A stretch of DNA of 64,000 nt from Candidatus Forterrea multitransposorum CG_2015-17_Forterrea_25_41. Its GTDB lineage: Archaea > Iainarchaeota > Iainarchaeia > Iainarchaeales > CSSED10-239. Of this stretch, positions 26,796 to 36,606 are shown piece by piece. The notes below the pieces were generated by a model. That model ran no database searches. It had not been told where the DNA came from and saw only the letters and a program-made list of their open reading frames with translations. Both the position numbers and the translations under genes were made by a program. The DNA lies in contig CP045477.1 of the NCBI GenBank assembly GCA_009392915.1, forward strand, positions 192,001 through 256,000, written 5' to 3'. Position 1 is the stretch's first letter, and each line of letters opens with the position of its first letter.

Positions 26796-27746
26796 ATGCC
26801 AATTTTAAAAAATAAAAATAAACCTTTAAAAGGAAATTTAACACAAGGAAGATATAGAGAAAAGCTACCTTTAAAAAAACCAGTTAACTTTAAAAAAATG
26901 AAATCTCCTGGTGAGTTGTTTAAAGGTAAGTTTTCAAAATCTGTTGTAAAGTATATTTATCAACTTTATCTTGGAAAATTAAATTTAACATCTAGATCAG
27001 GGATAAAGACATATCCTTTTGCAACTAAACAAGAATTAACTAAATCTTTTGTTTTTCTTAAAAATAAACTTAAAGAAAAAAATATAGATATTTTTAATAA
27101 TTCTGGCCAGAAACTACATTTTATTTTTCCTCTTTCAGGTATGAGTCCTGTTGGTTATTTTTATAAAGGAATTATTGAACAGTTAATGCCTAAGGCAAGA
27201 ATTACTTTTTTAAAAACTATTGGAAATCGCAGAAATGTTCCTGGCTATGATTTAGTAAATCTTAAAAAGTCAATTAATAAATATGATGAATTATTTTGTG
27301 TGATTGATTATTTTGAAAAAGGTAGTACATTAAGATTAATTGAAAATAATTTAAAAGAAATTAATCCTAAGTTTGATTTAATTGGAGTTAATTCTCCAGA
27401 ATCAAGGATAGATCTTGAATCTTATAATATTATAAATAATAATAAAAATTTATTAGATATAATAGATAATGAATATAATAATAGTAATAAATTTATTAGT
27501 AAAAGTACTTTTAGAGAGAAGATGTCACCTCAAAAACCTTTAACAAGATCTTTTTATAAAGATATTGCTCAAATAAATACAAATAGATTAATAATTCCAA
27601 ACTATCAAGCTTATAAAATAGAAGCTTTAGAAAAAGGATTTTTTAATGAAAAAGTTTTTAATGCTTTAAAAGAAATGGATAAAGCACAAAAGTATACCTA
27701 TTATTATTTAGGAACTAGATTTATTAGTAATGTTTTAAAAAAATAA
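26796..27746 (+). CDS. Hypothetical protein (weak phosphoribosyltransferase-like motif)
   Basis: A 316-aa ORF. ELFCVIDYFEKGSTLRL faintly resembles a PRTase PRPP-binding loop. This is not a confident call. Confidence 0.5.
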   Translation: MPILKNKNKPLKGNLTQGRYREKLPLKKPVNFKKMKSPGELFKGKFSKSVVKYIYQLYLGKLNLTSRSGIKTYPFATKQELTKSFVFLKNKLKEKNIDIFNNSGQKLHFIFPLSGMSPVGYFYKGIIEQLMPKARITFLKTIGNRRNVPGYDLVNLKKSINKYDELFCVIDYFEKGSTLRLIENNLKEINPKFDLIGVNSPESRIDLESYNIINNNKNLLDIIDNEYNNSNKFISKSTFREKMSPQKPLTRSFYKDIAQINTNRLIIPNYQAYKIEALEKGFFNEKVFNALKEMDKAQKYTYYYLGTRFISNVLKK

Positions 27747-27761
27747 AAAAATATTTTAATT

Positions 27762-28574
27762 ATGGACTTTAAAAAAATAAAAAATATAGCAATTTATTAT
27801 TTCTCAGGAACAGGAAACACTTTGTTTATTTCTGAAACTTATAATAAATATTTTTTACTTAAAAGTAAATCTGTAGATTTAAAACCTATTGAAAATATTG
27901 AAATTGTTTCAAGTCAAGGTAAATATGATATGCTTGTAATTGCTTTTCCGGTTCATGCTTTTAAAGCTCCTAAGTTAGTTGAAAAGTTTATAAATAATCT
28001 TCCATCTTCAACAACTAAAAAACCAGTATTATTACTTGCAAGCTGTGGAGGAATGCCTGGATCTTCTTTTAGTATATTAAATAAAATTTTAATAAAAAAA
28101 GGATATTATATAGCTTCAAATTTTTATTATTCAATGCCAGATAATGTTTCTTTTATGTTTTCAAAAGACTTAATTTCAGAAAAAGAAATTATGGATAAAA
28201 TTGCTTTAGCAAAAGATAAATCTTTTAAAGATTTTACAAATCTTTATTCTGGAAAAGAAGAGGTTATTAAGTCTAATATTTTTAAAAGATTATTTTCAAA
28301 TATTGTTTTTTATTTTTTATCTAAATCTTTAAAGAAGAATAAATGGGTTGTTGATTATAATAAATGTATTTTTTGTGAAATTTGTTCTAAAAATTGCCCT
28401 ACTCAAAACATTACTGTTAAAAAACAGAAGAGAGAGGTTAAATTTTCAGATAAATGTATTATGTGTACAAGGTGTTATAATCTTTGTCCAGTAAATGCTA
28501 TTAATTATAAGTCTGAAAAGACTAAAGATTTTAAGAGATATAATATTTTTAAAAAGGAACTTATATCAAAATAA
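27762..28574 (+). CDS. EFR1-family ferredoxin (flavodoxin-like N-domain + 2x[4Fe-4S] domain)
   Basis: Flavodoxin-like loop: IAIYYFSGTGNT. Two cluster motifs: CIFCEICSKNCP and CIMCTRCYNLCP. Confidence 0.8.
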   Translation: MDFKKIKNIAIYYFSGTGNTLFISETYNKYFLLKSKSVDLKPIENIEIVSSQGKYDMLVIAFPVHAFKAPKLVEKFINNLPSSTTKKPVLLLASCGGMPGSSFSILNKILIKKGYYIASNFYYSMPDNVSFMFSKDLISEKEIMDKIALAKDKSFKDFTNLYSGKEEVIKSNIFKRLFSNIVFYFLSKSLKKNKWVVDYNKCIFCEICSKNCPTQNITVKKQKREVKFSDKCIMCTRCYNLCPVNAINYKSEKTKDFKRYNIFKKELISK

Positions 28575-28605
28575 ATTTTAATAAAATTAGTAAAGTGATT
28601 AGATT

Positions 28606-30342
28606 ATGAAAAAAATATTATTAATACTTTTAATAGTAGTTCTTTTACTACCTTCTTTTACATTTGCAAGGTCTTTATCCATAGATAATTATTCTATAGA
28701 TTATGTGATTAATACAGATGGACAAGTAAATGTTTCAGAAAAATTAACTTATACTTTAGAGAGGTGTTATACAGAGCTTTATCTTCAAAGACCAACTTCT
28801 CTACAAATACTAAATGCAAGTGGTTCTTGTGATGGAAAAGAATGTTTTTTTAGACATGACTTAAAAGATACCCCTTCAGGAGATCAAGAACTTGTTTTAA
28901 AAAGTAATTATTGTGATGAAACTGTAAATATTAATTTTGAATATTCTTTAACAAATGTTATAAATCAACTACAAGATGGTTATTTTCAATTTTATTATCA
29001 ACTTTATGGAAAAGAGACTGATTATTCTACAGATTTAAAAATATCTTTAACAATACCAAATAGTTTTGATAATACAGAATATTTTCTTCATTCAAAAGAT
29101 TATAACTTAAATGTAGTTAATAATCAATTGTTTTTTTCAAAGAAAGTTTTGCCAAAAGAACCAGTAGAGATTAATATTTTAATGCCTAGTAATTATCTTG
29201 TAAAATCTGATAAAATTAAATTAGATTCAACAACTTCTAATAATGTTAAAAATTTGGAAGAAAATTGGGAAAATGAGTATGATAAATATATAAAATCAAT
29301 AACTCCTTTATCTACATTTAATCAAATAATTATAATTTTCTTATATCTATTAATACCTTTTATTATATTTTTCTTAATTTGGAAAAAACATTCAAAAGAA
29401 TTTTCCAAAGAAGAAGTTGGTTTCTTTGAAGAATATTATAGAGAACTTCCTGATAATAAAGATCCTTTGTTTGCAAATTATTTTGTAAATGAAAAATTTT
29501 CTCAAAATTGGTTTTCATCAGGAATAATGTATCTTGTATGGAAAGAAAAATATTTGCTTGATAAGGAAGAAGATAATTATTTTTTAACAAGAACAGAAAA
29601 AGAAATTTCTCTTCCAGAATATGTTTCAAAGATTGATCAATTTATTTTTAAATATTTCAAAAATGATAAATTTAATGTTTTAGATATTTCTAAAAGTTTA
29701 AAAGGTCGTAATGTATTAAATGGAAATATTATAGATAATTATAAAAGATCTACTCAAATGTTAAATGATTTTAGAAAAATGGCAACAGAAATTGAGAAAG
29801 ATTATGATACTAAATTCTATAAGAACAAAGAAATTTATAATAGGAAAGGAAAAAAGTTTGCAAGTATTTTTTCAGGGTTTTATTTAATTGGTATTTTTAT
29901 ATATACTATGATAATTATAAATAGAATGCCACTTTTATTTATTTTTCTTATGTTAGTATTTGTAGCTACTTTATTTTTAATTAATTCAAGAGTATTTGGT
30001 AGATTTACAAAAGAAGGAAGAATAATTAATCTTAAATGGACTGGTTTTAAAAAATATATTACTGATTTTTCAGATATTAAAAACCATCCTCCAAAGCATG
30101 TTATTCTTTGGGAAGAATATTTAGTTTATGCAACTTCTTTTGGTATTGCAAGAACAGTTTTAAAAAATATTAAATCTTTAAATTTAGAAACTTTTAATAA
30201 TAATTCAAGACTTGGTGTCTATTCTTCATTTATTGTTTCAAATAGTTTTTCAAATTTAAATACTCTTTCATCAACTTCTTCTTCAGGTTCAGGAGGAGGT
30301 TTTGGTGGAGGTGGTGGTGGCGGCGGTGCCGGTGGAAGATAA
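28606..30342 (+). CDS. DUF2207 domain membrane protein
   Basis: Signal peptide, then an N-terminal extracellular domain beginning SIDNYSIDYVINTDGQVNVSEKLTYTL. TM helices follow, and the family-typical Gly tail is SSSGSGGGFGGGGGGGGAGGR. Confidence 0.8.
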   Translation: MKKILLILLIVVLLLPSFTFARSLSIDNYSIDYVINTDGQVNVSEKLTYTLERCYTELYLQRPTSLQILNASGSCDGKECFFRHDLKDTPSGDQELVLKSNYCDETVNINFEYSLTNVINQLQDGYFQFYYQLYGKETDYSTDLKISLTIPNSFDNTEYFLHSKDYNLNVVNNQLFFSKKVLPKEPVEINILMPSNYLVKSDKIKLDSTTSNNVKNLEENWENEYDKYIKSITPLSTFNQIIIIFLYLLIPFIIFFLIWKKHSKEFSKEEVGFFEEYYRELPDNKDPLFANYFVNEKFSQNWFSSGIMYLVWKEKYLLDKEEDNYFLTRTEKEISLPEYVSKIDQFIFKYFKNDKFNVLDISKSLKGRNVLNGNIIDNYKRSTQMLNDFRKMATEIEKDYDTKFYKNKEIYNRKGKKFASIFSGFYLIGIFIYTMIIINRMPLLFIFLMLVFVATLFLINSRVFGRFTKEGRIINLKWTGFKKYITDFSDIKNHPPKHVILWEEYLVYATSFGIARTVLKNIKSLNLETFNNNSRLGVYSSFIVSNSFSNLNTLSSTSSSGSGGGFGGGGGGGGAGGR

Positions 30343-30388
30343 ACCTTTTAAAATAGAAGGTATATATTATTATTAAAAATAAATGTAG

Positions 30389-32806
30389 GTGTATGAAAAT
30401 ATGAATAAAGACAAATATATTTTATGGTTTAAAGAAATTTCAATTGAAGATGTTCCTATTGTTGGAGGAAAAAATGCATCTTTAGGAGAAATGTATAGAA
30501 ATTTAACTAAAAAAGGAGTTTCAATTCCTAATGGTTTTGCAATAACTGCTGATGCTTATAGATATTTACTTGAAAAAGATAAAATTTCACAAGAGATAAA
30601 ATCAACTTTAAAAGATTTAGATGTAAATAATTTAAAACAACTTTCAGAAAAAGGTTCTAAAATAAGAAAAATGATTAGAACTGCAGAAATTCCTCAAGAT
30701 CTTGAAAAACAAATTATTGATTCTTATTATACTTTATCAAAACAAGAGAAAACAAAAGAACTTGATGTTGCTGTAAGATCTTCTGCAACTGCTGAAGATT
30801 TGCCTGATGCTTCATTTGCTGGACAACAAGAAACTTATTTAAACATTAGAGGCCCTGAAGAGCTTTTAGATGCTTGTAAAAAATGTTTTGCTTCACTTTT
30901 CACAAATAGAGCAATAGCTTACAGAGTAGAAAAGAAATTTGATCACACAAAAGTTGCTCTTTCAATAACTGTTCAAAAAATGGTAAGAAGTGATTTAGCA
31001 TCTTCAGGTGTAATGTTTTCAATAGATACAGAAACTGGTTTTAGAGATGCTGTAGTTATTAATGGTGCTTATGGTCTTGGAGAAAATGTTGTTCAAGGTG
31101 CTGTTAATCCTGATGAATTTATGGTTTTTAAACCTACATTAAAACAAGGAAAGAATGCTATAATTTCAAAAAGACTTGGTGAAAAAGCAATTAAAATGGT
31201 TTATGATACTCAAGGTAATAAACCTGTTAAAAATATAAATGTTGATATTAATCATAGAAATCAATTTTGTATAACTGATAAAGATGTTATTACTTTAGCA
31301 AAATGGGCTTGTATTATTGAAGATTATTATTCTCAAAAAGCAGGACACTATAAACCAATGGATATGGAATGGGCAATTGATGGTGTTACTAAAAAAGTAT
31401 ATATTGTTCAAGCAAGACCAGAAACTGTTCAATCAAATAAAAATTTAAGTCAAATTGAAACCTATTCTATTTTAGAAGAGAAAGAAGCAATAGTTACAGG
31501 TATTTCAATTGGTCAAAAAATAGCAACAGGAAATGCTTCAATTATTAAAGATGTAAAAGATATTAATAAATTTAAAAAAGGAGATATCTTAATTACAGAA
31601 ATGACAGATCCTGATTGGGTACCTATTATGAAAATTGCTTCAGGTATTGTTACAAACAAAGGAGGAAAAACTTGTCATGCTGCAATTATTGCAAGAGAAC
31701 TTGGAATACCTTGTATTGTTGGAACAATAGATGCTACTTTAAAAATAAAAGATAAGTCTCCAATAACAATTGATTGTTCATCAGGAGATTATGGTTTTGT
31801 GTATGAAGGAACTTTAAAGTTTAAAAAAGATGTTCAAGATATTAAAAAAATACCTATAACAAAAACAAAAATAATGTTAAATGTTGGAAATCCAGAACAA
31901 GCTTTAGAACAATCTTTCCTTCCAGCAGATGGTGTAGGTCTTGCAAGAGAAGAATTTATTATTAATTCTTGGATAAAAATACATCCTTTAGCTTTAATTA
32001 ACTATAATAAAATAAAAGATAAAAAAGTAAAAGAAGAAATAGATAAGTTAACAATAGGGTATAGTAATAAAGTAGATTATTTTGTAGATAAATTATCTCA
32101 AGGTATTGCAAGAATAGCTGCTGCTTTTTATCCTAAAAAAGTTATCTTAAGAACTTCTGATTTTAAGACAGATGAGTATGCAAATTTAATTGGTGGAAAA
32201 GAATATGAACCAATTGAATCTAATCCAATGCTTGGATGGAGAGGTGCTTCAAGATATTATCAAGGAAACTATAGAGAAGGTTTTGCTTTAGAGTGTAAGG
32301 CTATTAAAAGAGTTAGAGAAGATATGGGTCTTACAAATTTAGAAGTAATGATACCTTTTTGTAGAACACTTGATGAAGCTAAAAAAGTAATTGCTGAACT
32401 TAAGAAAAATGGTTTAGAACAAGGTAAAAATGGTCTTAAAGTTATTGGTATGTGTGAGATTCCTTCAAATGTAATTTTAGCTGAAGAATTTTTAAATATC
32501 TTTGATGGTTTTTCAATAGGTTCAAATGACTTAACACAATTAACTTTAGGTCTTGATAGAAATTCAGAAATTGTTGCAAGTATTTATGATGAAAGAAATC
32601 CTGCAGTAAAGGAACTTATTACAAATGTTGTAAAGATTGCAAAAAAGAAAAAGAAATACATAGGTATCTGTGGACAAGCACCTTCTGATTATCCTGACTT
32701 TGCTGAGTTTTTAGTATCTATTGGTATTGATTCTATGAGTTTAAATCCAGATACTTTAATTAAGACAAAAATATTAGTTGCAAACAAAGAAAAATCTAAA
32801 AAATAG
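30389..32806 (+). CDS. ppsA: Phosphoenolpyruvate synthase (pyruvate, water dikinase)
   Basis: ILWFKEISIEDVPIVGGKNASLGEM, RSSATAEDLPDASFAGQQETYLN, the phosphohistidine region GGKTCHAAIIARELGIP, and the C-terminal PEP-utilising domain GFSIGSNDLTQLTLG. The start is GTG 30389 or ATG 30401. Confidence 0.95.
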   Translation: MYENMNKDKYILWFKEISIEDVPIVGGKNASLGEMYRNLTKKGVSIPNGFAITADAYRYLLEKDKISQEIKSTLKDLDVNNLKQLSEKGSKIRKMIRTAEIPQDLEKQIIDSYYTLSKQEKTKELDVAVRSSATAEDLPDASFAGQQETYLNIRGPEELLDACKKCFASLFTNRAIAYRVEKKFDHTKVALSITVQKMVRSDLASSGVMFSIDTETGFRDAVVINGAYGLGENVVQGAVNPDEFMVFKPTLKQGKNAIISKRLGEKAIKMVYDTQGNKPVKNINVDINHRNQFCITDKDVITLAKWACIIEDYYSQKAGHYKPMDMEWAIDGVTKKVYIVQARPETVQSNKNLSQIETYSILEEKEAIVTGISIGQKIATGNASIIKDVKDINKFKKGDILITEMTDPDWVPIMKIASGIVTNKGGKTCHAAIIARELGIPCIVGTIDATLKIKDKSPITIDCSSGDYGFVYEGTLKFKKDVQDIKKIPITKTKIMLNVGNPEQALEQSFLPADGVGLAREEFIINSWIKIHPLALINYNKIKDKKVKEEIDKLTIGYSNKVDYFVDKLSQGIARIAAAFYPKKVILRTSDFKTDEYANLIGGKEYEPIESNPMLGWRGASRYYQGNYREGFALECKAIKRVREDMGLTNLEVMIPFCRTLDEAKKVIAELKKNGLEQGKNGLKVIGMCEIPSNVILAEEFLNIFDGFSIGSNDLTQLTLGLDRNSEIVASIYDERNPAVKELITNVVKIAKKKKKYIGICGQAPSDYPDFAEFLVSIGIDSMSLNPDTLIKTKILVANKEKSKK

Positions 32807-32807
32807 A

Positions 32808-32833
32808 TTTTTTTCTTTTTTTCTTTTTTTTTT
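32808..32833 (+). terminator. Oligo-T tract after ppsA (archaeal-type terminator candidate)
   Basis: tttttttctttttttctttttttttt lies directly after the TAG stop. Similar T-tracts follow rbcL (8190-8230), lemA (34042-34070), 38192..39550, and the first giant gene (49379-49400). Confidence 0.4.
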
Positions 32834-33121
32834 ATAATATAAAATTATTTTTTAAAAATAAAAATAACTACTTAATTTTCAATAATTTATCTTTACATAA
32901 TTATTTTTTGATTTGTAAACCATTATTAGAATATGGTTTGAAATACAAAAACATTCTTTTTAAATTATATTTGATTTACTCTATAATTCCTAAAAAAGAC
33001 TTTTTTTAGAAAACCAAATTAGATTGTAAAAGTAACTGTCAAACAGTCATTTTTTTTCTTTACAATTTAATAAAAACAAGTACTTTCAAACTAGTAAGAT
33101 TCATACAGTGGAGGAATAACT

Positions 33122-33367
33122 ATGCCTAGTAAAAGACAGAAAGGAATGGTTTTAATATCCGTAATTGCAACAGCTTTGTTTGTTTTATCAAATATTTTCT
33201 TTATTACTTTAAGTAGTAATGATTTAAAACAAACAGATATAAGCTATCAAGATAGAATTTCACAATATAAGATGCCTTTTTCAACAGCTCCTTATTGTGG
33301 AGATTTAACTTGTAATTATTCTTACGGAGAAAATCCATTAAATTGTCCTCAAGATTGTTATATGTAG
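33122..33367 (+). CDS. Small pilin-like/secreted protein with Cys motif
   Basis: The N-terminus MPSKRQKG/MVLISVIATALFVLSNIFFITL is class III signal-like. The C-terminus is CGDLTCNYSYGENPLNCPQDC. The SD GGAGG lies 7 nt upstream. Confidence 0.5.
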   Translation: MPSKRQKGMVLISVIATALFVLSNIFFITLSSNDLKQTDISYQDRISQYKMPFSTAPYCGDLTCNYSYGENPLNCPQDCYM

Positions 33368-33489
33368 GATGATTTTTCTTTTTCTTTTTTTTTTATTAAA
33401 AACATTTGTTTTTATTCTTTTTTATTCATAATATAATATACTATTTATTTTAATATTAAATAGATTTCACAAAAAAGGGGGAATTAATT

Positions 33490-34041
33490 ATGGCAGTTTG
33501 GTTAATTATTTTGATCATAGTTGGTGTACTTCTTTTAATTGTGTTTGGTATCTATAATAGTTTAATAAGATTAAGAAACAGAGTTAAAAATTCTTGGAGT
33601 CAAATCGATGTTCAATTAAAGAAAAGATTTGATTTAGTTCCAAACTTAATTGAAACTGTTAAAGGATATATGACACATGAAAAAGAGACTTTAACTAAGA
33701 TTACTCAACTAAGATCTCAAGCAATGAGTGCAACTGATATGAGTATGAAAGCAAAAGCTAATAATCAACTTTCAAAAGCTTTATCAGGTTTAAATATTGC
33801 TGTTGAAAGTTATCCTGATTTAAAAGCAAGTCAGAATTTTTTAATGCTTCAAGAAGAACTTTCAGGTATTGAAAATAAAATTGCATATGCAAGACAATTC
33901 TATAATGATTCAGTAATGATTTATAACAATAAAATAGAAATGTTTCCATCAAACATCTTTGCAAGCATGTTTAATTTTAAGAAAGAACAATTTTTCGAAG
34001 CACCAGAAGAAGAAAGAAAGAATGTTAAGGTTTCTTTCTAA
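33490..34041 (+). CDS. lemA: LemA family protein
   Basis: N-terminal TM, then [39 protein letters not shown]...[39 protein letters not shown], the textbook LemA pattern. Confidence 0.92.
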   Translation: [183 protein letters not shown]

Positions 34042-34108
34042 TTCTTTTTTTTCTTTTTTTTTACAAACATATAAATACTTTATTGTGTATATTTATTTAT
34101 AAGATAAA

Positions 34109-34301
34109 GGGGACATGGGGTAGCCAGGTTAACCTTACAGGCTCCAGATATTTTTTAAATTAGAAAGTAATCTGGAACGCAGGATGTTTTTTTTTAAAAA
34201 AAACAGATGATTGATATTATACAGGTTTGTTTAATTTTATATTTATATAAAATTGAAATAGGAGAAACCTGTAGACCCGGGTTCGAATCCCGGTGTCCCC
34301 A
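34109..34301 (+). tRNA. tRNA-Trp (CCA) interrupted by a ~119-nt intron at the canonical 37/38 position
   Basis: The 5' exon is GGGGACA UG GGGU AGCCAGGUUA ACCU U ACAGG CUCCAG(A). The 3' exon is (A) CCUGU AGAC CCGGG UUCGAAU CCCGG UGUCCCC A. The two halves are separated by AT-rich sequence. Confidence 0.85.
34148..34266 (+). other. tRNA-Trp intron (boundaries ambiguous by 1 nt: 34148..34266 or 34149..34267)
   Basis: The exon halves only form an anticodon stem (ACAGG/CCUGU) after this segment is removed. The intron segment aatctgga is complementary to the anticodon-loop region tccagat, as expected for helix formation around a bulge-helix-bulge site. Confidence 0.75.
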
Positions 34302-34340
34302 TATCTTTCTTTTTTTATAAATTTTAAATTTTGATTATAA

Positions 34341-35324
34341 ATGATTTTTAGCTATTCTTCTTTTTTTAGTATTAAGCATGAAGATTTAAAAATAAATTTT
34401 GATCAAAATAAAGCTTGTTCTTTAGATGAATATCTTTTTTTAACACATGCACATACAGATCATGTTTGTAATACTTCTCAAAAGACTTTTGCAACTAAAG
34501 AAACTATTTCTCTTTTAGAGAATAGATATGATAATAATAAATTTAATTTTATAGAACTTGAATATAATAAACCATATTTTCTTAAAGCCGATTTTAAAGT
34601 TACTGCTTTAAATGCTGGACATATTTTAGGCAGTTCAATGTTTTTATTTGAAACTAATGATACATCTTTACTTTACACTGGAGATTTTAACACTAAAGAT
34701 TCTATTCTTTTAAAAGGTGCAAAACCAGTTATTGCAGATTATTTAGTTATTGATTCAACTTTTGGAAGAGAAGAGTTTTATTTTAAAGAAAGAAGTTTAG
34801 TTTATGATGATTTATTAAAAAAAATAAAACAAGATCTTTTTGAAAATAAATTTATAATTCTTGCAGGATATTCTTTAGGTAAAAATCAAGAAATAATTGC
34901 TTTTTTAAATAAATATCTAAATATAACTCCTTTAGTTGATAAAGAAACATATAGGTATTCTAAAATATATAACACCCATAATAATAATTTAAATTTTATT
35001 CTTTTAGATCATAATATTTATTCTTCAAATGTTTTAGTTATGCCTTTATCTTTAATGAATAGAAATTTAATTAAAAGTTTAGAACATCAAATCTATAAAA
35101 AAATATCTCCTTATGTTCTAACAGGTTGGAAATATTCAAGAGGAGCAAATCTTGTAAATGTTTCTGATCATTGTGATTTTAATTCTTTATTAGATTTTAT
35201 AAATGTTGTAAATCCTAAAAAAGTATTTACAATTCATGGTTTTACTAAAGATTTTGCAGATAGTATTAATTATAAGTTAGGAATTGAGGCTCAATGTGTT
35301 TCTTCCTTAAATAAAAAACTTTAA
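34341..35324 (+). CDS. Metallo-beta-lactamase-fold hydrolase (beta-CASP-like nuclease candidate)
   Basis: HxHxDH motif: LTHAHTDHV. Also NAGHILGS, YTGDF, and the late motif VSDHCDFNSLLDFI...VFTIHG, which resembles beta-CASP motif C. Substrate unknown. Confidence 0.7.
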   Translation: MIFSYSSFFSIKHEDLKINFDQNKACSLDEYLFLTHAHTDHVCNTSQKTFATKETISLLENRYDNNKFNFIELEYNKPYFLKADFKVTALNAGHILGSSMFLFETNDTSLLYTGDFNTKDSILLKGAKPVIADYLVIDSTFGREEFYFKERSLVYDDLLKKIKQDLFENKFIILAGYSLGKNQEIIAFLNKYLNITPLVDKETYRYSKIYNTHNNNLNFILLDHNIYSSNVLVMPLSLMNRNLIKSLEHQIYKKISPYVLTGWKYSRGANLVNVSDHCDFNSLLDFINVVNPKKVFTIHGFTKDFADSINYKLGIEAQCVSSLNKKL

Positions 35325-35370
35325 ATAAATCTTTTTATATTTCTTTAGATATATATTTATATTAGGTGAA

Positions 35371-36285
35371 ATGATTATGGATTCTTATAAAACAGATTTT
35401 TATAGAGAAGTTAGAGTTAATAATTTGAAGACATATATGTTATTTTTCTTTTTTTTTATATTTATAGGGCTTATAGGTGTTGCTTTATATTTTATATTTT
35501 CTGACTTAGGTGTTGGTATTTTATTTTTTGCAGGGCTATTTGCTATAATATATGCTTTAGTTGGATATTTTGCAGGAGATAAAATTGTACTTTCAACCTC
35601 AAGAGCAAAACCAATAGATCCAAATAATAATCCAAAACATAAGCAATTAGATAATTTAGTTGAAGGTCTTTCTATGGCTGCAGGAATTCCAAAACCAAAA
35701 GTATATATTATTCAAGATAAATCTCCAAATGCTTTTGCAACTGGAAGAAATCCTGAAAATTCATCAGTTGCAGTAACCTCTGGGCTTTTAGAAGTTTTAA
35801 ATAGAGAAGAGCTTGAGGGTGTAATTGCTCATGAACTTTCTCATATTAAAAACAGAGATATAAAAGTTATGACAATGGCAACTGTTCTTTTTGGTCTTGT
35901 TATGATGGTTTCAGATATTGCTTTAAGAGGAATTATTTTTGGAGGTGCTTCTGGAGGAGGAAATGATAATAAAAGTCCTGTTCTTTTAATTATTGCTATA
36001 ATTTTTGTAATTCTTTCTCCTATTATTGCTGCAATGATACAAATGTCAATTTCAAGAAAAAGAGAATATTTAGCAGATGCATCAGGTGCACAAATTACAA
36101 GATATCCTAAAGGACTTTCAAATGCTTTAAGAAAAATTTCTGGAGTTAATATTCCTGTTTCAGGTGCTTCAAGAGGGAGTGCTCATCTTTATATTGCAAA
36201 TCCTTTTAGAGGTAAAAGTTTTTCTGGAATGTTTGCAACACATCCTCCTATTGAAGAAAGAATAAAAAGACTTGATGCAATGTAA
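35371..36285 (+). CDS. htpX: HtpX-like M48 zinc metalloprotease
   Basis: PNAFATGRNPENSSVAVTSGLL, HELSHIKNRD (HExxH), REYLADASGA, and THPPIEERIKRL. The likely start is ATG 35377, 8 nt after the SD AGGTGA. Confidence 0.9.
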   Translation: MIMDSYKTDFYREVRVNNLKTYMLFFFFFIFIGLIGVALYFIFSDLGVGILFFAGLFAIIYALVGYFAGDKIVLSTSRAKPIDPNNNPKHKQLDNLVEGLSMAAGIPKPKVYIIQDKSPNAFATGRNPENSSVAVTSGLLEVLNREELEGVIAHELSHIKNRDIKVMTMATVLFGLVMMVSDIALRGIIFGGASGGGNDNKSPVLLIIAIIFVILSPIIAAMIQMSISRKREYLADASGAQITRYPKGLSNALRKISGVNIPVSGASRGSAHLYIANPFRGKSFSGMFATHPPIEERIKRLDAM

Positions 36286-36384
36286 TTTTTTTAAAGGAAA
36301 TATATTTTCTTAAATTATGTGTGGGCATATACTCCACATTACTTTTTAAATTATTCTTAACTAAATATATTTGGTGATTATTAA

Positions 36385-36606
36385 ATGGCTAATATGACTT
36401 TAAGTATACCTGATGATCTTTTAAAAGAATTAAAAAAACACTCTTATATTAAATGGAGTGAAGTTGCAAGAATTGCTTTTGAAGAAAAGGTAAGTGCTTT
36501 AGAAAGAATAGATGTTTTTAAAGAATTTCAAGAAGCTGAAAGAGATTTTAAAGATGGAAAAAGTATTTCTTTAGAACAATTAAAAAAGGAACTTGGTAAA
36601 AAATGA
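36385..36606 (+). CDS. Ribbon-helix-helix (CopG-like) small protein
   Basis: MANMTLSIPDDLLKELKKH... is a typical RHH beta-strand plus helix start. Its stop overlaps the next gene's start (ATGA, 36603..36606). Confidence 0.5.
   Translation: MANMTLSIPDDLLKELKKHSYIKWSEVARIAFEEKVSALERIDVFKEFQEAERDFKDGKSISLEQLKKELGKK

Noticed and set aside
34148-34266. Box C/D guide RNA inside the tRNA-Trp intron
   Set aside because: There is only a degenerate C-like element (AGAUGAUUGA), and I find no CUGA D or D' boxes or a terminal C/D kink-turn pairing. It is kept as an open question in the findings but not called as an ncRNA feature.
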